The position numbers and the translations under genes are program-made. A stretch of DNA of 63,990 bases, the filler included, from Rhizaria sp. SCN 62-66 (Eukaryota), in NCBI GenBank assembly GCA_001724265.1. It is 11 parts of 11 records of this genome, joined end to end, with 100 filler letters (N's around TTAATTAATTAA, not from the genome) between each part and the next. Parts side by side here need not be neighbours in the genome. Positions count along the whole stretch, not along the records: positions 1 to 6,227 come from MEDY01000621.1; positions 6,328 to 12,244 come from MEDY01000623.1; 9 more parts are not named here. One strand, written 5' to 3'. Positions 1 to 10,687 of the stretch are shown here, one piece after another; the stretch's first letter is position 1; every line of letters starts with the position of its first letter. The notes beneath the pieces were generated by a model. That model saw only the letters and a program-made list of their open reading frames with translations, made no database searches and was not told the DNA's origin.

Positions 1-27
1 TTGATATGGGCAAAAAAATTAGTCTTG

Positions 28-99
28 AGGAGACGGCGAGAATTGAACTCGCTACCTAGTGATTTGCAGTCACTCGCTCTGCCGATGAGCTACGCCTCC
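28..99 (-). tRNA. tRNA-Cys: tRNA-Cys(GCA), copy 1
   Basis: Reverse complement folds as a 72-nt cloverleaf: acceptor GGAGGCG/CGTCTCC, D stem GCTC/GAGC, anticodon arm AGTGA-CTGCAAA-TCACT, T arm GCGAG-TTCAATT-CTCGC, discriminator U. A T7 run follows shortly downstream. Confidence 0.95.
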
Positions 100-1156
100 G
101 ATTCGAATCGATAATGCTTCGGCCAAAATTTTAGTTATTTAATTTAAATGTTTGAACAACAAATATAAACTTATCTCGTAATATTCGACGTTCTTGGTTG
201 TTTTGGCGTGTTTAATACGTACAAATTATATATTTGCTTTCTTACCTTGTCAAAGGTCGTTCTAGTAGTGTATCTTGCTCGGGAAACATTAGTCTTAATC
301 ACACCAAGCTCCTCAGAAAAACTGTCGTCATCCACTTATACTTTAAGACGAGAGATAGAGCTACATAAGCGCCTGCCACTCCTGATCAACTAAAATTTAC
401 ATATGAATACTCTAAATATCTGTGTAAAAAGTCTGAGCAGTCTTGAAAGTGTTAGATTAGCTCAGGACCTGCTTGTTTGTCGAAGGTTGCAAAAAATATC
501 TTTCCCAAATGGCGTATCAGCACTACTCGTCCTGCTTTCACAAGCAAATCCGCATCAAAACAACAAGCGTCCCCGTCATACACCGCACAGATCTATTTGG
601 ATTGATCTGGTGGAACAATTTTTAATAGAATCAACGTTGAGGTGAAGACGGTCCTGATGGTGGAGAAGTATCGCCGCGGCCAGCTCAAGGAGGCCATTCA
701 AAGAAACGGACCGAGAGTGCTTGACTGAGCTCGGAGTACATTATGTCCAAACTCAATCAACATTGAAATGGCGTCAAAAATATCCACGTCAAGTTTAATA
801 GCTTCAAAATACGATTCCAACCCAGTACCAATCAATGATTGAACACGTCTGTCAACCCAGCAACTCTGATGTACTAGTATCCAGGGACACGCAATGAGCG
901 TGAGTAGGACCGGGGTCACAATTAAGCGACTGAATACAAACCCCTTAGAATAAAGCGAATACATTAAGAGTTACTCTTGATATGCCTCATCCTATCCAAA
1001 CACGAGACGAACTTTCCATGCAGTCCAACCTCCAACGGTTGATGACGAGGCAAAGTGGGCTACGAATCATCGTTCAAACACGGCTCAGTGATCGTCATTC
1101 GGTCTGCAACGTTCTGAGCTACTATAACCGTCATGATTAAAGCATCTCATGTAATT

Positions 1157-2244
1157 ATGTCGCACGCCGTCGCGTCCCCGGTTGTAACCATTGCCGTGGG
1201 TCAGATGTGCTCTGGTCCCGACCGTGCCAAGAATCTTGCCTCGGCATCCTCCCTCGCTGAGCTCGCCGTCAAGAAGCAGGCCAAGATGCTCTTTCTGCCA
1301 GAAAATTTCCACTTTATGGGCGACTCCTCTAAGCACTCCCTGAGCATTGCTGAGCCCCTCACGGGCCCTGCCATGGCGAGCTACGCGAAGCTGGCTCGCG
1401 ACTCGGGTCTCTGGCTCTCTCTTGGTGGCTTCCAGGAGCGCTCAGAGACTCCTGACACTCATCTGCACAACACACATGTCATCCTTAACCCAAACGGTGA
1501 CATCGTGCAGTTTTATCGCAAGATTCACATGTTTGACTACGCGACGCTCCGCGAGGTACGACCACCACAATCACAATCACAACTTGCAAAACGCACAACA
1601 TAAGCCGAGTTATACACATGATACCGCACCCCCAGCAGCTGAATCGTTCCTGCCCTAACTCCACTGATGTCCTGCTTTTTTTTTATGTCCCCTCTGTGAT
1701 GCTTTAGAGCAACTTCACTGCACCTGGCAGTGACCTTGCACTTTGCCCCCACACCCCTGCCGGCACTCTCGGCCTCTCGGTCTGCTACGACCTGCGCTTC
1801 CCCGCGCTGTACGCCTCCCTGCGCGCGGCGGGCGCCGAGACGCTCCTCATCCCCGCCGCCTTTACGGCCCGCACGGGCGTCGCACATTGGACGACGCTGC
1901 TGCGCGCGCGCGCGATCGAGACGCAGTGTTACGTGGTTGCCGCCGCGCAGACTGGCACGCACCCAACGGCGGGCGGGGGCGCGGGCGGCGCGCAGGCGGG
2001 CGCGGCGGCCGACAGCGCCAAGGCGGACGGCACCAAGGCCCCGCGGCCGCCGCGTGAGTCGTACGGGCACGCATGCGTGGTGGACCCCTGGGGCAAGGTG
2101 GTGGCCGAGGTGCCGCAGAGCGAGAAAGACGCGATCGCGGTCGCCGAGATCGACCTGGGGCATCTCGCGAAGATCAGGAAGGCCATGCCTGTAGAGGAGC
2201 ATGCCAGGCCCGAGGCGTACAAGACCGTGCGCACTGGTATGTGA
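1157..2244 (+). CDS. NIT1: Nitrilase-superfamily amidase, Nit1-like (deaminated glutathione amidase); exons 1157-1555 and 1708-2244, about 311 aa
   Basis: Catalytic E-K-C motifs FLPE, YRKIHMFD and CYDLRF, plus AHWxxLLRARAIETQCYV and SYGHACVVDPWG. A GTACG...TTTAG intron (1556-1707) joins LRE|SNFTAPG in frame. Stop TGA. Confidence 0.92.
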
Positions 2245-2880
2245 GTGCACCCATCGTTGCTCACAAGAGTAACCAGGAACCTCTCTGACTACAAATTTGA
2301 TTAGGCCAGTCGTGAGATCTCTGAATATTTCACCCTGAAACACGCTGTCAATACGAAGATATAGCATGTAATAATAATGGTTATGCTGGGCTACGACTGC
2401 AACTTTGCTCAGTGTGTTATTTACGCGTGTTTTTAGTCTTATTAACCACCAATGCCAACAGGCGATCCATATTTATTTAGCAAGATATAACTGTATAAAC
2501 ACAACATTTGGGAGTAATTCTAACTTGAAATGGGGGGATCTTATGTATTAATACAACACACTCCAATACCTAATCGATACAAGTCGAAATACAACCTACT
2601 ACACTTGTTATATTCCCTGCTTTCACGTTGCTGTTAGCGATTGTGGTCGCGATGGTGGCGACGTTGCTTGAACGCCAGCTGAAAGAAAATACGCAGCTCT
2701 CTTCACAACAGTCGTCAATATCAAAAGTACGCTTATTTTTGGCATTGAACTTACTAAAGGTATTCTTTTTCATTTTCAGTTTTTCTTCAAGACCTCGCTT
2801 TATCTCTCCTGGCTTCCTCCGATAACACGGCAGTTCGACACTGCAAACAGGCGCTCGCCCACGCCTCCTGCCACTCCGCC

Positions 2881-4392
2881 ATGCCTCTGCACGAGCTCCG
2901 CTTTGTCCTTCCGTTCTCCGTCGAGGAGTACGGCTATGGATACGCGTACACCCGGAGCAAGTACCGCGCCATTGCTCCTCCGAACCGTTCCTCTACAACT
3001 CTCGCGCAGGCCACTCTCTTCGCCCCCGCCTCAGGCGCCGAGCTGCCCCCCACGACGCCCGTTCCCGCCATCGCCGCCGCCTCATCCGCGCCGGGCGCTC
3101 CCGCAGGGCTGTACGTACGGTACCACCACGCATTCAAGGGTTTTCTGCCGGCCTGGGCGCTGTCGCTACTGGGCACGCCCGAAGTCGCGGTGGACGGCCA
3201 CGCCTGGGACGTCTACCCGCGCATCGCCATGCGCTATGACCTCCCCGCGCTCGGCGGCGGCTCCGGGAAGATCTTCCTCTCCTTCATGCACGTTGACAAC
3301 GACGGCGGCGATCAGAACAACGTCTTCGGGCTGACCCCGGCGCAGCTGGCCGAGCGGAAGGTGTTTCACATCGACATCTGCGACGATCCCGCCATCAAGA
3401 ACGACGGCCAGAGCGGCGACCCGGCGGCGGACCCCGCCGTGTTTGTATCGCAGCCGCTGCCGACGTCGGGACACGTTGCTGACATGGTCGCCGCCTCCGG
3501 TTGCAGCAGCAGCAGCAACAACGGCAGCAGCAAGAGTAATAACAACTCTGCTCAGACTGCAACTGAGAGCGCTCGAGTGGCCGTGAGCGGACCTCAGCTG
3601 CCCGCGAGCGCGCCTGTGACGCCCGCCGCGACGGCCACCGAGTCTAGCGGAAGCCACAGCAGTGCCAACATCAGCAATGGCTGTAGCAACAGCAGTATCA
3701 ATGGCTCTACTGCGGCCTCTGTCGCTCTGGCTCCGCGCGGGCCCCTGACCCGCGGCTGGCGCGCCGCCCTCACGAGCAGCAACACAAACACAAGCGGCAA
3801 CAGCGCAGATGGCGGCGCAGGCGCCAAGGGCCCGTTTATGTGCGTGTACGTGGCGATCCGCTGCGAGCTGTCGCTGCCGTTTCCGCTCTCTGCGTTCCGC
3901 GTGCGCGCCGAGGACCTGACCGCGGGCCACGTGCACGCCATCGTCACGGAGCTGCACCGCATGGCCTTCGTGTGGGTTAACGAGTGGTACCCGAAGCAGC
4001 TCCCCCCTGCTGTCGCCACCAGCGCGAGCACGAGCGCCAGTGCTAGCGCAAGGGCAAACACGCATCCCTCTAGCACTTGCCCGAACATCAACATCACGAG
4101 TGACGGCGAGGCTGAGTCCGAGTCCGAGTCCAGCAACGGCGTTGCTGTCGTCGTCCCGGCGTGGGGTGCGGCGGCGGCGGCGGCGGCGGGGCAGCTGTAC
4201 GCGCCGGAGCTGGGCACTGGCGGGACGGGCAAGGGCGTGCCCAAAATGCCCGCCCGGCTCGGCGACACCGGCGCCGCGACGGCCGCTGGGGCAGCGGGGG
4301 CGCCGGCGGCGACCGCGACGGCCGCGGGCAAAGGGGGGATTGTGTCGCGCGGCCTGAGCTCGATGCGGAGCAGGCTGCAGGCGAAGCTCTAA
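2881..4392 (+). CDS. Phosphatidylinositol transfer protein (PITP/IP_trans)-like protein with low-complexity insertions
   Basis: PITP landmarks in order: ELRFVLPFSVEEY, AWDVYP, NNVFGL...VFHIDI, DPAVF, RGPLTRGW, PFMCVY, HRMAFVWVNEWY. Stop TAA. Confidence 0.85.
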   Translation: MPLHELRFVLPFSVEEYGYGYAYTRSKYRAIAPPNRSSTTLAQATLFAPASGAELPPTTPVPAIAAASSAPGAPAGLYVRYHHAFKGFLPAWALSLLGTPEVAVDGHAWDVYPRIAMRYDLPALGGGSGKIFLSFMHVDNDGGDQNNVFGLTPAQLAERKVFHIDICDDPAIKNDGQSGDPAADPAVFVSQPLPTSGHVADMVAASGCSSSSNNGSSKSNNNSAQTATESARVAVSGPQLPASAPVTPAATATESSGSHSSANISNGCSNSSINGSTAASVALAPRGPLTRGWRAALTSSNTNTSGNSADGGAGAKGPFMCVYVAIRCELSLPFPLSAFRVRAEDLTAGHVHAIVTELHRMAFVWVNEWYPKQLPPAVATSASTSASASARANTHPSSTCPNINITSDGEAESESESSNGVAVVVPAWGAAAAAAAGQLYAPELGTGGTGKGVPKMPARLGDTGAATAAGAAGAPAATATAAGKGGIVSRGLSSMRSRLQAKL

Positions 4393-6128
4393 ACGTCCGC
4401 CGTCGAATTTGCCCAGGCAACAACAACAAATGTGATCGATTGTATAGAATTTTAGAATAACTAGTCTTTTAACGTATAAATAAACAACATATTGAGCTTG
4501 TTCTTGAGGAAAGTAACTTTTTCTTTGTCTAAATTTGTGGCGTGTTTTTGAAGCTACATGTATCGATTAAGTTACATGATACTGTACTACTAGTAGTGAT
4601 GTCACGAGTATCATAATCACGTCAGATATCTTTTAATATGCGAGCAAGTAACATGAAGAACATAACAGCATCATATCTCCGGTAAAAATAAAATAACATG
4701 TTTTGTTTGTTTCCCACGCAACAGTGATGTTTACAAAGAATCAACATTTCTTTGCATTTTACACCTGTATATTGACATAAAAATTAATATTGCTTAATAA
4801 AAAAGATTTTGATCGCCGCTCTCTTTTATGGGAGATTTTAAGCACATTTCTTGCGTATATGTTATCACAAAGAATAAAAATTGGGTATAAATGTTAGAAA
4901 GTTTATTTTACACCGCGCGCAAGTGTTATTATCATCAAAGCTTACGATTGAAAGAATATAGACGAGGAAAGTAGCAGATTTTGTCGGAGGAGGATGCTGC
5001 AACAGCTCTAATTTTCGCGTCATAATGGATTTAGAAAACTTCCACAGAGATAAATATTGTTTTAAATGTTCATCTTTATAATCCGTACATCACATCTGTT
5101 GATCGTTTTTGACGAAGATGATCCTCCGTGCATAAGCTGATGATGCTTAACGAGGGTGATGCTCTTCGTAAAACGCGGAAGTCAAGTACTTGCAGATGAT
5201 ACTGACAGTCGAAATAAGGCCCGATAAAGGTAAGAACAAGAAATAAACAATTTTAGGATAATTACTTACATATATCGTGATATTATTTTAATTGTTACAA
5301 ATTTGATTGCAATTATCATGATTTTGTATTAAATACCTAGCAGTCGAGACCACCTCAAGTACTGGTTGATCATTGTGGTGTGAAACTGTTTCAGTTGGTC
5401 AGAAAGCAGGTTTTACATTTTCATAGTTGAAAATCCCAGTGATCGCACGTTATGTTCCTCCTGTATGCCGAGAATCCAAGGTCACTTCTCAAATGTGACG
5501 AGTGTAGTGAGATTCATCTCACACAAAGAAAGTCGTCTTAATAATCAGGAAGGAATCAAGTCAGGACAGATTTCAATACACAGAAAAATACCACAACTGT
5601 TGCCGGACAAGTATTATGTTACTGATCAAACTTGAATTCTTTGAAACGAGTGTCATTTGATGGAGATACAGTGTTATGGAGCCTGCAGTCGAGAGGTGAA
5701 TCAAGTGAGCTCGTAGACCTAGGCAACCGATTCCGTGACTAGCATTGACAAGAGGATCACTTTACGAGGCCACGAAATCAAGCAATACAAGCAGATGTAT
5801 GATAAAACACTAACTGATTTACTTATTATTACCTTTAGCAGCACAGAAAGGTCGGTTGATGGTGAGCACTATACGTTTCCGTTTCGCAAAAGGAGACCAA
5901 ACGGCTGAGGTGAGTGGGGACCTCTCGCTCGATTTTCCCCAAGATTTACGGAATAATGGAACTTAGAGGAAAAACCATAAAATTAGCATTCGTATTTTAA
6001 ACGTTTTCATGTGGAAAACAGTTTAAAAACAGTAAAAATAGGTGGGTTGAAGAGAGATAAACCAAAATAGATTTGTTGACTTTGGGTTAGATATCCTAGT
6101 TTTTTCTAAAGATAACATCATCGGACTT

Positions 6129-6200
6129 GGAGGCGTAGCTCATCGGCAGAGCGAGTGACTGCAAATCACTAGGTAGCGAGTTCAATTCTCGCCGTCTCCT
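6129..6200 (+). tRNA. tRNA-Cys: tRNA-Cys(GCA), copy 2
   Basis: Identical to copy 1; same cloverleaf, GCA anticodon and downstream T7 Pol III terminator. Confidence 0.95.
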
Positions 6201-6227
6201 CAAGACTAATTTTTTTGCCCATATCAA
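6129..6227. repeat. 99-bp exact inverted repeat of positions 1-99
   Basis: 6129-6227 is the reverse complement of 1-99; identity begins at tRNA nucleotide 1. Confidence 0.97.
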
Positions 6228-6327
6228 NNNNNNNNNNNNNNNNNNNNNNNNNNNNNNNNNNNNNNNNNNNNTTAATTAATTAANNNNNNNNNNNNNNNNN
6301 NNNNNNNNNNNNNNNNNNNNNNNNNNN
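6228..6327. other. Artificial contig linker; further copies at 12245-12344, 18222-18321, 24358-24457, 30217-30316, 36059-36158, 41784-41883, 47486-47585, 53119-53218 and 58670-58769
   Basis: Identical 100-nt spacer of N-run + TTAATTAATTAA (stops in all six frames) + N-run. Confidence 0.99.
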
Positions 6328-6799
6328 CGTAGGGTTGTTGACGTATATTGACTGTGTTTCGCCGCACATTTAAGCGGCTACAAACACGCGGAAAAGAGGG
6401 GGAGCAGCGACAGCCACCGGGTCAACCAACAGAGGCCCCTTTCATAGGCTTGCGGCAGCCACGGTGAGCCGTGCCGAGGGAAAAACAGTGAAGAGGCAGA
6501 GGAAAACAAAGCAAAGCACAAAGATAAATAGAGCAAAAGCATCTTCTACTTGCACTCGGCTGCAGAGGAAAACGACGCCTGCGCGGCGACGGCAGAAAGG
6601 CGATCGACTCGAGATGCGCCCGCGCGTCACGAGTCGCGACGGATCTGCGCCCACAAAAGCGCAACAGCAGCAGCACAGACATGCTCACGCACACCCACGC
6701 CGCCCGGCCGTCACGATAATGCGAGCGCAAAGATAAAAAGATGTATAGAGAGATATAGGAGGCGTAGCGCCCGCGCCACACCGCATAAGCAGCGCGCGC

Positions 6800-9700
6800 T
6801 CACGCATCGAGCGCAAACGTGCGGCCGTCGGCGAGGAAGAGGCCGCGATTGTCCGGCGGCGCCCACGTCTCGCGCATGTACGACGGCAGCGAGCGCGCAA
6901 TGTAGCGCAGGTGCGCGCGCACCAGGACCACAAACGTGTGGTTGATCAGCTCGGTCGTGAACGGGTACTGCTTGAACTTGGCCCCGTTGCGCACATCCCA
7001 GATCGCCTGGAGCATGCACGCTTGGCCGACATTGAGCGCCGCGTAAATGGCCGGGAGCGTCTTGCAATAGTAAAGCAGGTCAGTGAGGATGTGCTGCTCG
7101 ACGCCGCCGCGGCGGCCGGGCGGCGGAGCATTGGCGGGCCGCGTCGCAAAGGCGCGCCGCACATAGTCCTCAAAGAAGCGCCACGCTGGCCGCACGAGCG
7201 GGCAGTCGTAAAAGAGATGGTGCGCCGTCTCGCGTTCGCCGCAGTACGACTCGCACGTGTCGTAGCCCTGGTCGGTCGAATGCACAAGGCGCGCATTGAC
7301 AGCGACGGCGCCGTGAATGATCATAAAGTGCAGCTGCCGCCACTCGGGGCGTCGCAGCGGCGCGTGAACCCAGCGCCAGTGCTGCGCGGCAGTGAGGGGG
7401 CGCGGCTGCACGCGCGGCACTAGCACGGGCCAGTGAAAGTCGGCAGGCGTCGGCGCAGGCTTGAGCAGCGGCGTGCCGTGGCGGAGGCGGTGCAGCATCT
7501 TGCGGAGACCGCGATTGGAAAAGCTCGACAGCGGCGCCATGTTCGTGTCGGCGATGGGCATGCCTGGGCGCCAGTCGGCGGCGGCCTTGGACGGCAGCAT
7601 GAGCATGAGCCGGTCCTCGCGCAGGTCGCGGCGGATGTCGGCGCCGAGCCGAAACACTTCGTTGATGACGATCTGCCAGAAGCGCACGGAGCTGCTCGCT
7701 TGGGGCAGCGCGCTCATGAGCGCGTCGTCGCTCGCGTCGAGCCAGGGCGGCTTGAGGCGGGCGACCGCGGGCACATTCATGTTGTCGCGCACGGTGATGG
7801 TCTTTCGCAGCGCGGCCCACGCGAGCCGCGAAGCCGGCGTAGGCGGCGCGTCGAGGAGGCGGCCGAGCAGCCGCATTTGCATGGCGCTCACCACGTCGTA
7901 CACGTCCAGCAGGCCCATCTTGCCCTCGGGCCGCAGGCCAAAGACGTGCTCGCGCGGGAGCGGCGAGCGCTTGCCGCCCCACACAAAGTTGTAAACATGG
8001 TCGTTGTGCAGGTCGGCCTTGCGCGGATTGAGCGGCAGGTGGCTCCATGCGTAGAGGAGGCGCGACGTGACGAGCGTGTTGGCGCACACGACGCGCGTCG
8101 CGGGAGAGGAGAAGCGCGCAACGGCGTCGAGGCGTTCGAGCGTCTGCGAAGCGCGCTGGTACGGCGGCGTGTAGGGGTCGTCGCCGCCGAGCTGCACGCC
8201 GAGATAGTTGATCGGGTCTGCGGCGGTGCAAAAGGAGGCTTGCGGAAAAGCGGCGCGCCATGGCGCCTGCTCGATGGAGGCCGAGCCGAGCAGCAGCACG
8301 CGCGTCTTGTGGTCGTTGAGCCGCGCGCCTGACGCGCGCTCGTAGAGCCTCAGCAGGTCGAGAAGCTTGCGCGCCTCGGCCGGCGAGTCGAGAAAGACAG
8401 CCACGTCGTCCGCGTAAGCCGACACGACGCAGTTGAGCACGGGCGTCAGTGTGGCGCGCAGCGCGGCCAGCAGCGGCTCGAGCGCAAAGTTGTACAGCAG
8501 CGGCGAGGACGGGTCGCCTTGGCGCACGCCGCGTCGCTGGGCAAAGACCGGGCCGAGGCCGTCGGCGCCGCGCACCTGCAGCGAGCCGCCGCAGTGAAGG
8601 GCGCGAACGAGGCTGAGAAAGTCACCGCCAAAGCCAAAGCGCTCGAGCGTCTCGAAAAGGTAGTGGTGGTCGACGAGGTCGTACGCCTTGTATTGGTCGA
8701 GAAAAACGACGGCGCAGCCGCGCGTCGCGCGCGCAGCCTCGTAGACGTCCATCACGGAGCGCAGTAGCAGGACGCAGTCGGTCGTCCGCCGCCCGCGCAC
8801 AAAGCCGCACTGTGACGAATGGAGCAGGTCGTCGGCGGCAAAGACTTGGAGGCGCGTGGCGACGGCCTTGGAGAGCACGCGCACGTCGGTGTTGATGAGC
8901 GAAATGGGGCGCCAGTTGCGAATGTTTTCGAGCTCGGCCGCGTCGGTCGACTTGGGCAACAGGCGCAGGTGCGCCGTCATCATGCTGCGCGGCAGCGCGC
9001 CGCGCTGCATGGAGGCCGCGGCGACGCGGGAGAGCGCGTAGGCGTTTTGGCTTGTCGCGCGCAGGTAAAAGCCGTACGGCAGGCCGTCGGGGCCGGGGCT
9101 GCTCGTGTGCCCGCGGTAGGAAAACAGCGCCTCCTCGAGCTCGTCGCGCTGCAGGGGGCGGTCGAGCGCGTCGCGCGCAGCCGCGGGCAGCGCGACACTG
9201 ATGTGAGCGAGAAGCTCGCGCCGCGCATCGCGACATGTGTCGACGGGAGTGTACAGGTCGACATAGAAGGATGTGATGTAGCGCAGCAGCTTGGCGGGCT
9301 CGACGAGCACTTGCCCGTCCGGCGTGCGCAGGCGCTGCGGGTGGCGCTCGCCGCTGCCGAAAGCCGACTCGGCCATGGCTCGCAGCGCGCGCGGCGCAGG
9401 TTCATAGTCGCGCACCCACGCGACGCGGCTGCGCTCGGCAAAGTGGACGGCGTCGTCAATGGCTACCTGCTCGCGCTCATGGGCAGCGGCGACAAAGGCA
9501 GCGACGGCGTCCTCGTTACCGGGGCGCGCGGCGAGGTCGTTGGCAGCGCGCGTCATGGCGTCTTGGGCCGTGTCTTGGGCAGCGCGCAGGTTGGCGGCGT
9601 GCTCGGCGCCAAACGTCTTGGACACGTTGCGCACGATACGCTTGTGCCGCCACCACGTGTGCCACATGTCGAGGTCGGTGTCGGCCGCGTCAATGAGGGA

Positions 9701-10576
9701 GTGAAGGAGCTCACGCACGCGCTGTGTGAAGGCGTCAAGGCGCAAAACGCGCGACGACAGCCGCCAAACAGTGAAAGGGCGAGCGCGCGGAGCCGCATCC
9801 GCCGGCGCGCGCGGCAGGTCAAACACGAACTCGACAGCGCGGTGGTCGAGCAAAAGGTTGGGCGCAGCAAAATCCCGGTGGCGCACAGTGCATGCGCCAG
9901 CGGCCGGGCGCACAAAAATGTAGTCCAGGCGCGACTCGGTGTGAAAAGTCACGCCATTGACACGACGCTCGGTCACGCACGTAAAGTCGCGCACGTCAGG
10001 ATGCGCATGGCGAAACGCATCGACGAGCAAAGTGTCAGCGAGAAAGCGGGCGATCTCGGCAGCGCCAGCGTCGGGCTGGTGGCCTGGCGCGGCGGCGCGC
10101 GTCGAGATTCGGTCGAGGTCAATGCGGCGGACGCAGTTAAGGTCGCCGCCGACAAACACAAAGTCGCTCGCAGCGATCTCGGGCGCCAGATCAGTGAAAA
10201 CACGCGACAGAAAATCGCGCCGTTCCGCCGTGCGGGAGCCAGAGGGCGCGTAGAGCGACGCGCAAAGGACGGAGCGGCCGTCTGTTAGCCAAATGCGCAC
10301 GGCAAGCGCGCGGTCGGCAATGTCAAACACATGCTGCACGCGGCGCACATGGCGGCACAGACGGGCGGAAAAGAGAACGGCAACGCCGCCAGAGGCAGCG
10401 CGGCCGGCAGAAAAGAAGGAGCGCGGGAAGAGCGGGCGGGTGTCGGCCGGCACGTCGTGGTGCGTTTCTTGCAAAAGCACAATGTCGGCGCCGGCAAAAA
10501 GGGGGAGGAGGGTCGTGCGGCGGGCGAGAGAGAAGTGCCGCACGTTGAGAGAGAGAACGCGAAACGACTCGAACAT
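6800..10576 (-). CDS. LINE ORF2: AP endonuclease + reverse transcriptase + C-terminal CCHC finger
   Basis: APE motifs LSLNV, LQETH, SLYAP, GGDLN, SRLDYIF, DHRAV; RT motifs PGPDGL, WRPISL, FLDQYKAYD, GVRQGDPSSPLLY, YADD, YLGV; finger CESYCGERETAHHLFYDC. First ATG at 10576, stop TGA. Confidence 0.95.
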   Translation of the reverse strand: MFESFRVLSLNVRHFSLARRTTLLPLFAGADIVLLQETHHDVPADTRPLFPRSFFSAGRAASGGVAVLFSARLCRHVRRVQHVFDIADRALAVRIWLTDGRSVLCASLYAPSGSRTAERRDFLSRVFTDLAPEIAASDFVFVGGDLNCVRRIDLDRISTRAAAPGHQPDAGAAEIARFLADTLLVDAFRHAHPDVRDFTCVTERRVNGVTFHTESRLDYIFVRPAAGACTVRHRDFAAPNLLLDHRAVEFVFDLPRAPADAAPRARPFTVWRLSSRVLRLDAFTQRVRELLHSLIDAADTDLDMWHTWWRHKRIVRNVSKTFGAEHAANLRAAQDTAQDAMTRAANDLAARPGNEDAVAAFVAAAHEREQVAIDDAVHFAERSRVAWVRDYEPAPRALRAMAESAFGSGERHPQRLRTPDGQVLVEPAKLLRYITSFYVDLYTPVDTCRDARRELLAHISVALPAAARDALDRPLQRDELEEALFSYRGHTSSPGPDGLPYGFYLRATSQNAYALSRVAAASMQRGALPRSMMTAHLRLLPKSTDAAELENIRNWRPISLINTDVRVLSKAVATRLQVFAADDLLHSSQCGFVRGRRTTDCVLLLRSVMDVYEAARATRGCAVVFLDQYKAYDLVDHHYLFETLERFGFGGDFLSLVRALHCGGSLQVRGADGLGPVFAQRRGVRQGDPSSPLLYNFALEPLLAALRATLTPVLNCVVSAYADDVAVFLDSPAEARKLLDLLRLYERASGARLNDHKTRVLLLGSASIEQAPWRAAFPQASFCTAADPINYLGVQLGGDDPYTPPYQRASQTLERLDAVARFSSPATRVVCANTLVTSRLLYAWSHLPLNPRKADLHNDHVYNFVWGGKRSPLPREHVFGLRPEGKMGLLDVYDVVSAMQMRLLGRLLDAPPTPASRLAWAALRKTITVRDNMNVPAVARLKPPWLDASDDALMSALPQASSSVRFWQIVINEVFRLGADIRRDLREDRLMLMLPSKAAADWRPGMPIADTNMAPLSSFSNRGLRKMLHRLRHGTPLLKPAPTPADFHWPVLVPRVQPRPLTAAQHWRWVHAPLRRPEWRQLHFMIIHGAVAVNARLVHSTDQGYDTCESYCGERETAHHLFYDCPLVRPAWRFFEDYVRRAFATRPANAPPPGRRGGVEQHILTDLLYYCKTLPAIYAALNVGQACMLQAIWDVRNGAKFKQYPFTTELINHTFVVLVRAHLRYIARSLPSYMRETWAPPDNRGLFLADGRTFALDA

Positions 10577-10687
10577 CAAAACAAACAATTTGCAAACTTG
10601 ATGAGCCAATCAAAAAGAACGAAAGAGCAAAGGTAGGCCGGGTGAACTTGGCGTTCGCCCGATGCCGTGACAGATGGAGAGAGGCGC

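Noticed and set aside
6228..6327. Regularly recurring TTAATTAATTAA between N-runs
   Set aside because: Synthetic contig linker; adjacency across linkers has no biological meaning.
6328..6426. 99-bp terminal direct repeat read as an LTR
   Set aside because: It overlaps the ORF1 start, matches the likely k-mer overlap, and the element encodes APE-RT with no integrase or protease.
6427..6799. HDV-like or hammerhead ribozyme in the LINE UTR
   Set aside because: Small hairpins exist, but I could not find a CUGAnGA core or a double-pseudoknot pattern.
7170..10288. Long antisense and alternate-frame ORFs over GC-rich genes
   Set aside because: Expected shadows of high-GC coding sequence; no recognisable motifs.
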